From Microcoleaceae cyanobacterium (GTDB taxonomy: Bacteria; Cyanobacteriota; Cyanobacteriia; Cyanobacteriales; Microcoleaceae): a stretch of DNA of 64,000 bases. Numbering within the stretch: position 1 is the first letter of the stretch; every line of letters begins with the position of its first letter. Positions 10,639-18,417 of the stretch are shown piece by piece. The position numbers and the translations under genes are program-made. The notes beneath the pieces are model-generated. The model had not been told where the DNA came from. It did no database searches and worked only from the letters and a program-made list of their open reading frames with translations. The stretch lies in assembly GCA_051652765.1 (NCBI GenBank), contig JBOFUV010000052.1, forward strand, positions 1-64,000, in the 5' to 3' direction.

Positions 10639-13470
10639 CTATCCGTCTTCATTCACCGGGAAACGGTCGAGGAGATGTTTGGCAATGGCGGCATTGCGCT
10701 TGAAGCGATGACTCAGGCGAGGCACATGGGGAATTTGAGAGAGGAAGTCCAGGGTACGGCGCAGCATTCGGACAATATCTCCTTCATCCAGGCTAGTTTT
10801 TGCCACCATGTCCCGCCACTCAATCCCCAAGGCCCACTGTTCTACCAACGCACTCATCCGTCGATCTTCCCACCGTTCCGGCAAAATCAAGCACTCAACC
10901 CCGAAGCGCCGTTGAACTTTGAGCAAGGTTTTTCGGGGTGTCCACAACCGATTGAGGGCATTCTGGGCAGGTTCAGACAGCCGATAATAGACGGAAGCGT
11001 CAGCCCGAGAAATTTCTGTGACTAAGGCCGCACAAGCTGCTGCCAGATGGGCAGGTTCCAGTTGATTAAACTCTCCTGACATTAGGGCCAATCCTAGCCA
11101 GAGTTCGTTATCTCCCCGCAGGGCTGCAGTTGCCTGTCCCAAAGGCAGAACAGTGTAGTGAGTAATTTCGTAAGACAAACTCAGTTCGATCAGGGCATAG
11201 GTGATCTCAAAACATAGAGGATGTTCCAGGTTAGAACATTGGCAATTGAGCCTCAGCCACCAACTCACCGGATCTTCCAAGCATCCGAACTGCTTCAACA
11301 CAGCGATTACATTCAGAAATTCACTCCAATAACGCTGTCGATTTTTGTTGAGTTCGGCTTCAGTCCGTCGAATCTGCTCCTGAAGTTCCTGCCAACGCTC
11401 CCAACGTTTCATCAGTTTGCGGGGATCTCCCCAGGTATTAATTGGGTGATTATCCAGTTGGGTTTCTAGGGTGTCAATGACCTGTTGTTGAGTCAGAACT
11501 TCCGGGGCGATCGCAGGCATTCCCACCTCAGGAAGCTGTTGAGCAATGGATTCTGACAGGGCATCTCCTCGACGACGTTGCCCCAGCCTTGCGGGAATCT
11601 CGGGAACTTCCAAATAATCTACAGCCGTCAACCGGGGTAAGGAACCGTGTAATTCCACCACATCAGACGCGGCCAATACATACCAACGGTTATCTTTTGC
11701 TAAACAGAGAAAATAGGGAGCTTGTCCAGGGCTGGGCATTTGAGCCACTAAAACCCCAGCTAGCGGCGGGGCAGTTTTGGGGGAAACATGCTTCCCTTGC
11801 AAACTCACAATCGTTCCTTCAGGAACTGAGGAAAGGGCTGCTACCATCTGATGGGCTCGGGTATCTTCAGATTGTTGCTGGAGAATTCGCAGGAGATTTT
11901 TTTCTTGACGGAGCCGTTCTTGGAGCTTGGTATACTGGTTTAATGTTTCATTCAGCGCTTCCAGAGTCTGGGTTTCAGACCGATTGAAGGTTTGCTCTAG
12001 GTCTGTGACTTCTGCCTGCAACAGTTGGATTTCCTGGAGTTTGGGCTTTAGATCCAAGGTCGATAAATACTGGCCAAAACTGCGCTCCACCAGCTCCTTG
12101 GCTTCTTCAATCGTGTGTTTTTGCAGGAGGTTTAGCACCATGCCGTAACTTGGCGTGAAGCGACTTTCCAACGGTTCGGCCCCAGCGGTGGCAATCCGTT
12201 CCAGGTAGGCCATGTAATTTTTGGTGCGCTTCTGGTCTAGGGGCACATTGACAACAATACTGTGACCAATCACATCCATTCCCCGACGACCCCCTCGACC
12301 TGCCATCTGCAAAAACTCTGAAGCTTTCAACAGCCGAAACCCTTCGTCAGTCCGCTTGTACAGACTGGAAATCACCGTGGTACGGGCAGGCATATTAATC
12401 CCCGTCGCCAGGGTTTCTGTGGCAAAAACAACTTTGATTAAAGCTTGCTGGAATAGTTCTTCAACTAGGGCTTTCCAAGCCGGAAGAATACCCGCATGAT
12501 GGGAAGCAATCCCCCGGTGCAGGGAATTCAAGAGTTCAGGACGGGAACTTTCGAGATTGGGATTGTTTTCTAAAAATTGACCAATGTACTGTTTTAACCG
12601 AGCTGCTTCTGTCTCATTCACCAGAGGCAAATCCGCTTGCATCAAATCATCAACGGCGCGATCGCACCCTCGCCGACTAAAAATAAAGTAAATTGCGGGT
12701 AGCAAGTCATCATCTTTGAGTTGACTGACCACTTCGGTTACATTCAGCGGATAACTGATGGGACGACGACGAATCAGTCGGGAGTTAATTCGAGTGCCTT
12801 CATTTTGCAACAGGGGCAATAAGGTCTCCTCTTTCCCGGTGCGAGTACAAAAATGAAAATCCAAGGGAACAGGACGATAATCCGAGTAAATCAACTCCGT
12901 CGGGCCATGAACGTCGCCAATCCAGTCCGTTAATTGGTCGCTATTGGAAATCGTGGCAGAGAGCGCCACCAGTTGAATTTCTCGCGGACAGTAGATGATC
13001 GATTCCTCCCACACCGTTCCTCGTTGACGATCATTCATGTAGTGGCACTCGTCAAGGACAACGGTTTCCAAGCCTTCCAAGGAGGTTCCCACCTCGCCGA
13101 TCGGAGTTCCATAGAGCATGTTGCGGAAAATCTCGGTGGTCATCACCACAATCGGAGCTTCCCGGTTCATGGACATATCTCCCGTGAGCAACCCCACGTT
13201 CTCATGGCCAAACTGTTTGCGAAAATCTCGCAATTTCTGATTGGACAACGCTTTCAACGGTGTGGTGTAAAAGACTCGCCGTCCTTGCTCCAAGGCCCGG
13301 TAAATGGCATATTCTCCAATCAAGGTTTTCCCGGAACCTGTGGGGGCACAGACAACCACAGATTTTCCAGCATTTAGTGCGGCGATCGCCTCAAGTTGAA
13401 ATGGATCGAGTTGAAATGGAAAAAGCTTTGAAAGATTTTGTTCTGACTGGCTCTGGGTAGAGTATGACAC
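10639..13470 (-). CDS. Ski2/HelY-like DEAD/DEAH-box RNA helicase with DSHCT C-terminal domain
   Basis: APTGSGKT, PLKALSNQK, DECH, SAT, 'QMAGRGGRRG', C-terminal 'DEGDIVRMLRRTLDFLSQ'. Confidence 0.93.
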   Translation of the reverse strand: MSYSTQSQSEQNLSKLFPFQLDPFQLEAIAALNAGKSVVVCAPTGSGKTLIGEYAIYRALEQGRRVFYTTPLKALSNQKLRDFRKQFGHENVGLLTGDMSMNREAPIVVMTTEIFRNMLYGTPIGEVGTSLEGLETVVLDECHYMNDRQRGTVWEESIIYCPREIQLVALSATISNSDQLTDWIGDVHGPTELIYSDYRPVPLDFHFCTRTGKEETLLPLLQNEGTRINSRLIRRRPISYPLNVTEVVSQLKDDDLLPAIYFIFSRRGCDRAVDDLMQADLPLVNETEAARLKQYIGQFLENNPNLESSRPELLNSLHRGIASHHAGILPAWKALVEELFQQALIKVVFATETLATGINMPARTTVISSLYKRTDEGFRLLKASEFLQMAGRGGRRGMDVIGHSIVVNVPLDQKRTKNYMAYLERIATAGAEPLESRFTPSYGMVLNLLQKHTIEEAKELVERSFGQYLSTLDLKPKLQEIQLLQAEVTDLEQTFNRSETQTLEALNETLNQYTKLQERLRQEKNLLRILQQQSEDTRAHQMVAALSSVPEGTIVSLQGKHVSPKTAPPLAGVLVAQMPSPGQAPYFLCLAKDNRWYVLAASDVVELHGSLPRLTAVDYLEVPEIPARLGQRRRGDALSESIAQQLPEVGMPAIAPEVLTQQQVIDTLETQLDNHPINTWGDPRKLMKRWERWQELQEQIRRTEAELNKNRQRYWSEFLNVIAVLKQFGCLEDPVSWWLRLNCQCSNLEHPLCFEITYALIELSLSYEITHYTVLPLGQATAALRGDNELWLGLALMSGEFNQLEPAHLAAACAALVTEISRADASVYYRLSEPAQNALNRLWTPRKTLLKVQRRFGVECLILPERWEDRRMSALVEQWALGIEWRDMVAKTSLDEGDIVRMLRRTLDFLSQIPHVPRLSHRFKRNAAIAKHLLDRFPVNEDG

Positions 13471-13822
13471 AGGTAGATTCGTACAAATGAAAATGATATC
13501 ACTACTGAATCTAACTTCAATTTGAGTGATTCAATATTCTTAATTGTAAGCGTTTCTGAAAATAGGATACGGTTTTCACAGGAACTCACCTCTAAAACGG
13601 ATTATCAATCACTGAGAAATAAATCCCCTGTTCTTGCTAGGTAGGTGCTTCACGGGTTTCTAGATCATTGCTCAAGTTCTGGTCTGCCGGGAGAATTGCG
13701 CCAGCGTTGACATCCGGCGTGAATGTATCGTTTCGTCACAGCAGTTTCTGCTGGCAACCTGAATTCCTGGAATCCAACAGATTCTTTCCGTAGAAGGAAT
13801 TGCTGAGGGGATGCACAACCAT

Positions 13823-13851
13823 TTGACAGTTTCTCTGTGGAAACCTAGAAT
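13823..13851 (+). promoter_or_regulatory. sigma70-type promoter upstream of ssb
   Basis: TTGACA - 17 bp - TAGAAT. Confidence 0.65.
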
Positions 13852-14086
13852 TGAAGGTCAACCTGTCTAAAGCAAGCTGCGAGCTAGACTGCCTGCGGCA
13901 ATCAGTCGTGATCTATGAGATACCTGCGTCCCGTTCACACTTCAAATCAGACCGCTATCAATGATTAAGCTCAGGAGTTAAACGGAGTGACAAATTTTCA
14001 GTTTGGATGCCATTAGTCGTTTTCAAGCGTTATCAATCTTTAGCTGTCAACCTTTAGCTGTCAATCTTTATAGAGTAGTTACACTT

Positions 14087-14626
14087 ATGAATAGCTGCAT
14101 TTTAATGGTAGAGATTCTTCAAGAGCCTCAACTCCGTTATACCGCTGACAATCAGACTCCAATTGCCGAAATGATGGTGCAGTTTTCCGGGCTGCGGGCC
14201 ACCGATCCTCCGGGCACCCTCAAAGTTGTGGGTTGGGGAAGTCTGGCTCAAGAGATTAGTGCAACCTATCATCAGGGCGATCAAGTTGTCATTGAAGGTC
14301 GGTTAGGCATGAATATGGTTGAACGTCCGGAAGGATTTAAAGAAAAACGAGCCGAACTAACGGTGCAAAAAATTTATCCGTTAGGAACGGTTACTCCAAG
14401 CTCAACCATGACGGGCTCAACCATGACAGCAGTCCCTTCAGAATCGATGGAGTCAAGTTATTCCACCCCAGATTATTCATCCCCAAGCAATGTCGTTCCA
14501 CTCAGTAGTCGCAGTCGAGGCCCTGCTGAACCCACACCATTGGCTCAACCGACTCCAGCCGCCCAGCCTTTGAACCCGAACTTTGACGAACCGGAAGATC
14601 CCGATTACGATCCGATTCCGTTCTAA
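14087..14626 (+). CDS. ssb: single-stranded DNA-binding protein (cyanobacterial type)
   Basis: 'MNSCILM...PQLRYT.DNQT', OB fold, acidic C-terminal tail 'DYDPIPF'; start taken at ATG 14087. Confidence 0.9.
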   Translation: MNSCILMVEILQEPQLRYTADNQTPIAEMMVQFSGLRATDPPGTLKVVGWGSLAQEISATYHQGDQVVIEGRLGMNMVERPEGFKEKRAELTVQKIYPLGTVTPSSTMTGSTMTAVPSESMESSYSTPDYSSPSNVVPLSSRSRGPAEPTPLAQPTPAAQPLNPNFDEPEDPDYDPIPF

Positions 14627-14639
14627 GGCTATACTTGTA

Positions 14640-14978
14640 TCACTCCTCCTCACTAACCTTGGGAATTGGGGGATGCCAGCGGTATTGATCCAGATCGATT
14701 TTGTTCTCGGTATTGAACTTGATGCCTTCTTGCTCTAGGAGCGATCGCTGTAGATAATCAGAACCTTGGCGCACGGTAGAGTGAGAGACCTCTCCCTTAG
14801 CATTCACAACTCGTTGCCAGGGAGTATCTAGGTCTTCAGGGGCAACCTGATATAAGGCATAGCCCACTAGACGAGCCTTGCCATACAAATTAGCTAAGTC
14901 AGCAACCTGCCCGTAGGTTGCCACTTTTCCTGCTGGAATTTGCCGCACAATCTCGTAAATCTTGTCATAAGTAGACAT
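14640..14978 (-). CDS. alkyltransferase-like (ATL/MGMT family) DNA-binding protein
   Basis: 'IPAGKVATYGQVA...ARLVG', PWQRV (Trp replaces the catalytic Cys, so ATL type). Confidence 0.9.
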   Translation of the reverse strand: MSTYDKIYEIVRQIPAGKVATYGQVADLANLYGKARLVGYALYQVAPEDLDTPWQRVVNAKGEVSHSTVRQGSDYLQRSLLEQEGIKFNTENKIDLDQYRWHPPIPKVSEEE

Positions 14979-15293
14979 TCTCTGGGGGTTTGCTTGGGTG
15001 AGTTTGTGCTGTTGAGTTCGGGTCACCTCTAGTTTAACTTTAACTAGACTGAGTATCACTTGTGAGAACTAAAGTGGCCCAGAGAGCCAGCTGATTGATT
15101 TTAGTTTGACTTCAGTAAATTTACGGGTGATCATCACATACTGTATAACAAGTTTAGGTAAATTTTCTATTGCCGTACTGATGTCTCCTTGGATACAGTA
15201 TTACTACAAGGAAAAGTTGACAGAAGCAGGCCAATAGGAAGCTTTCTCCCTAGACCTCTTTTACTTGATGCTTTTGAACTCATCTCTAGAAGT

Positions 15294-15383
15294 TTGACCG
15301 GAGGCCAAGGCAACGACTTGTTGTTCGGAGATGATGGCAATGACACCCTCCACGGCGGCAAGGACAACGACTTCGTTCAAGGG
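15294..15383 (+). pseudogene. fragment of an RTX-type Ca-binding nonapeptide repeat gene
   Basis: LTGGQGNDL-LFGDDGNDT-LHGGKDNDF-VQG inside an otherwise nonsensical 70-aa ORF. Confidence 0.7.
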
Positions 15384-15394
15384 TGTGCCGAGGA

Positions 15395-15515
15395 ACCTTA
15401 ATATCTTCAAACGTTCAGCCAAGCCGCAACAATGGCTTGGGTTTGAGTCACGGTCTCCTCAGCCAATGAGATCCGGGAACCCAGAATCCCCCGATTTTAC
15501 TGGGGGGATTGTTAA
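15395..15515 (+). mobile_element. degenerate IS200/IS605-family (tnpB) 3' end / right-end relic
   Basis: Reads 'LNIFKR...LG...P.R...ESP' like a TnpB C-terminus, followed by the GAATCCCCC...GGGGGATT hairpin and GTTAA (canonical ...GTCAA). Confidence 0.5.
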
Positions 15516-15898
15516 TGCTGATAAATTTCTAGGGGCAAGCCGTCCGGATCTTTGAAAAAAGTAAACTGTTTTCCGGTTAGTTCATCTACTCGAATAGGTT
15601 CCACCTCAATCCCTTGATCAATCAACTGAGAGACTGATTCCCCTAGATTTTCGACCTCAAATGCGAGGTGGCGTAAACCGCAAGCTTCTGGTCGATTGGG
15701 ACGTTGGGGTGGATTGGGAAATGAAAACAGTTCAATCTGATCGTGATCGCCGACCCTTAGATCTAACTTATAGGAATTTCGAGCCGCTCGAAAGGTTTCT
15801 TGAATCACTGAAAACCCTAAAACTTCTGTATAAAACCGCTTCGAGATTTTATAGTCTGAACAAATAATTGCAACATGGTGAATCTTGCTAGTTTTCAT
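15512..15898 (-). CDS. VOC/glyoxalase family protein (YaeR-like)
   Basis: 'IHHVAIICSDY', 'IELFSFP.PP.RP.RPEACGLRHLAF', 'FFKDPDGLPLE'. Confidence 0.92.
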   Translation of the reverse strand: MKTSKIHHVAIICSDYKISKRFYTEVLGFSVIQETFRAARNSYKLDLRVGDHDQIELFSFPNPPQRPNRPEACGLRHLAFEVENLGESVSQLIDQGIEVEPIRVDELTGKQFTFFKDPDGLPLEIYQH

Positions 15899-16054
15899 CG
15901 GAATTGGCCAATATAGTATCCTAAATCAATCATGAAAAAACTACAGAACCTATTTGGTATGTTGGTTAGAGAAGCAAGACTGAAAAAATGAAGGATGCAA
16001 GCAGCCTGACAGACAAAGAGTGGAACATGCTCGAAGGTTACCTGCTCGTCTAGT

Positions 16055-16110
16055 TTAGAGATTCTAACTTAGAGGTTCTAATCTAGAGATTCTAATTTAG
16101 AGATTCTAAA
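16055..16110 (+). repeat. 14-bp tandem repeat (T/C)TAGAG(A/G)TTCTAAN x4 spanning the DUF4335 stop codon
   Basis: Units at 16055, 16069, 16083 and 16097. Confidence 0.9.
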
Positions 16111-17792
16111 AATGTCCGAACCCGGCCACTAGGTTCTAGGACAACTCGAATTTTGGGGGTTGTACTGTTTTGGGTAGGAGAGACAAACGGCTCTCCAGCA
16201 GAAGGGAGAGTGAGTTGAGGCAGTCGATTCAGGGAAGCTTGACCAACAGGAGTAATACTCTGAATCGAACCGTCAGCATTGAGCTTTAGGGTGTACTGCA
16301 ACGCTCGGCTGATGTGCTTCGGGGGATACCAAGCTTGTTGAAAATAACTTCTGACCTCTTCTACCTGAGGAATCTGATCAAGGAGGGCAGTATTCTCCTG
16401 TCGTTGAGCCGCTACTGTCTGGGGACGTTTCTCCAGTTGCTCTAGAGACCCTTGAGACTCAGCCTCAGGGGTTTCTGTTGGATCACCCTGAACACCCTGA
16501 ACACTTTCATCAGAGTCTTTCAAGGCATTAACTCCTGCCCGCTCTTGAGCTGCGGCGATCGCCTGGGTCTCCGAGGTAGGAATTTGCAGAATTGCGGGGG
16601 GATCAGTACTTTCCAGCGTTGGTAATTGGATGATGCGGGGAGAAAGTGTGCCTGGGTTTGGTGTACCTGGATTTAGCGTACCTGGGACAGGAGTTGGCGC
16701 GATCGCCTGGGAAGGCAGAATAGGTTCAGGAGGCGGAGCAGAAACCGCAGCCAGAGGAGTTGGGTTAGTGGAAATCACCATGGTTCCATCAGTTCCTAGC
16801 GCAACGTTAGGAATTGAATTCGCGGGGGGGAGGGTTGGGGGTACGGAAAACAGCGGGGGAGGAACCGCCAAAGGAGCCGTATTCACCGGGGGCAAATTTG
16901 GCGCAACGTTCACTGGAGGAGCTGCTGGGGGCGCTGGAAGTGGGGTTTGCCAGGAGGGGATGGCAGGTTCAGCAACCAGATTAGGCGGAGATAAGGCAGG
17001 GGATTCCAGCTTTTGAGTTGCAGTTAAGTCTCCAGACTGTTGATGATGAGCAACCAACTTAATCAAACCAGTTGAAGCCCCAATCCCCATTAGAATCGTT
17101 AAGGCCGTTCGGAGTCCCGACAAGAACAACTGCTTTCCTGAGATACTTGCAGTCTCTCGCAGGGGCACTAGGGCCAAATCGTGGGTAAATTCTTCTAACG
17201 CCGTGACCAAATCGAACAGTTGTACGGCGCTCAGTTGAACATAGGGGCCAGACTGTTCATCCGCCAGCGACCCTAAAAATAAGTTGTGATATAGCAATCC
17301 GTCTGGCTTGAGATAAATATCAGAAGTGGGTTGGGAGGATCTGAGGTTGGGATTCAGGTCTTTCCAGGAGGCTGCTAGAGAATCTTTGGGTGAGTCACAG
17401 AGACCTTCTGAAGAATCATGGAATAAACCGTTGGACAATTGTTTCGGAAACTGTCTTAAAGACTGTTCTGAAGACTCTTGGAATACTGTTTGTTCAGGAA
17501 CTGTAACCAACACCCCTGAAGATTCTGGGGACGGCTCTAAAACAGATTGCAGTTGGGGGGGAAACCGCAGCAGGGTCTTCACACAGGAAATTACGGCTTG
17601 ATAGAGTTGGTCAAGCTGAGGGCGATCGCCCTTAACCGTCACATAGTTCTCCTCCGTCAAGCGCGGATCATCAAAACGCAGTTTGAACCCAAAATTTTCC
17701 AGTACCGGGCGCTTTAGCAACCGGGGGATCAGAGGAGACCGGGCAGTGACTTCCAAAGTGCAAGTGGGAGGAGTGTACTGGCGCGTAATCAT
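16092..17792 (-). CDS. DUF4335 domain protein (TM, Pro-rich linker, TonB-C-like tail)
   Basis: 'RQYTPPTCTLEV', 'LSAVQLFDLVTALEE', C-terminal 'QVEEVRSYFQQAW.PP...LQY.L'. Confidence 0.8.
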   Translation of the reverse strand: MITRQYTPPTCTLEVTARSPLIPRLLKRPVLENFGFKLRFDDPRLTEENYVTVKGDRPQLDQLYQAVISCVKTLLRFPPQLQSVLEPSPESSGVLVTVPEQTVFQESSEQSLRQFPKQLSNGLFHDSSEGLCDSPKDSLAASWKDLNPNLRSSQPTSDIYLKPDGLLYHNLFLGSLADEQSGPYVQLSAVQLFDLVTALEEFTHDLALVPLRETASISGKQLFLSGLRTALTILMGIGASTGLIKLVAHHQQSGDLTATQKLESPALSPPNLVAEPAIPSWQTPLPAPPAAPPVNVAPNLPPVNTAPLAVPPPLFSVPPTLPPANSIPNVALGTDGTMVISTNPTPLAAVSAPPPEPILPSQAIAPTPVPGTLNPGTPNPGTLSPRIIQLPTLESTDPPAILQIPTSETQAIAAAQERAGVNALKDSDESVQGVQGDPTETPEAESQGSLEQLEKRPQTVAAQRQENTALLDQIPQVEEVRSYFQQAWYPPKHISRALQYTLKLNADGSIQSITPVGQASLNRLPQLTLPSAGEPFVSPTQNSTTPKIRVVLEPSGRVRTFLESLN

Positions 17793-17805
17793 GATGCCTC
17801 GTGCT

Positions 17806-18336
17806 TTATGCTTGGAGTTGACGTTCGACTAGGGCTGACCAAAACCATGGTGGACTTTCTAAGCTGCTACAAAATAATAGGTCAATGAGAAGCTTGAGTG
17901 CTAAAGGTTCTAACAGGTCTATAGAACTGAGAGGAGACTGATGCTTCCAGCTCTGCTGAAACCTTACTAGATAGTTTTGCAGCAAAGCAGATTGGCTGAG
18001 GTCATTTCCTTGTTGGGTATGTTGTTCCAGCAAGGTCACTGCCTGACGAATCTGAGGCTGGCGCTGATTGGCAACATGACAAATCAATAACGCCAGCGAT
18101 CGCGCTTCATCTACAGTTAAGACTGTTTCCATCTTACCGTCCGGTTCTAGCCTATCTTTCAGGGTCAGGTTCCCTTGGGTGGCAATTGCTTGCAACTCCT
18201 CTAGGGTGATTTCGATAATGGCCAAAAGGGCAACCAGGGTCAACTCTAATTGACGAGTGATCTGGGTTAACTGTTGCAATTCCGGTTCAGCCGTGAGCTG
18301 CAACTTTTGCCAGTTAAGCAAGGGGTCATGAGTCAT
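17806..18336 (-). CDS. DUF3038 domain protein
   Basis: 'LTVDEARSLALLIC', 'LALKLLIDLLF.S'; adjacent to DUF4335 as usual in cyanobacteria. Confidence 0.75.
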   Translation of the reverse strand: MTHDPLLNWQKLQLTAEPELQQLTQITRQLELTLVALLAIIEITLEELQAIATQGNLTLKDRLEPDGKMETVLTVDEARSLALLICHVANQRQPQIRQAVTLLEQHTQQGNDLSQSALLQNYLVRFQQSWKHQSPLSSIDLLEPLALKLLIDLLFCSSLESPPWFWSALVERQLQA

Positions 18337-18417
18337 GAGTTAGCAAGAATAGCAATCCAGTGGAACAAGCATCTGGCCTGAAACTAAAAACCGAGTCTCT
18401 GCTGCGGATGCAAATGT

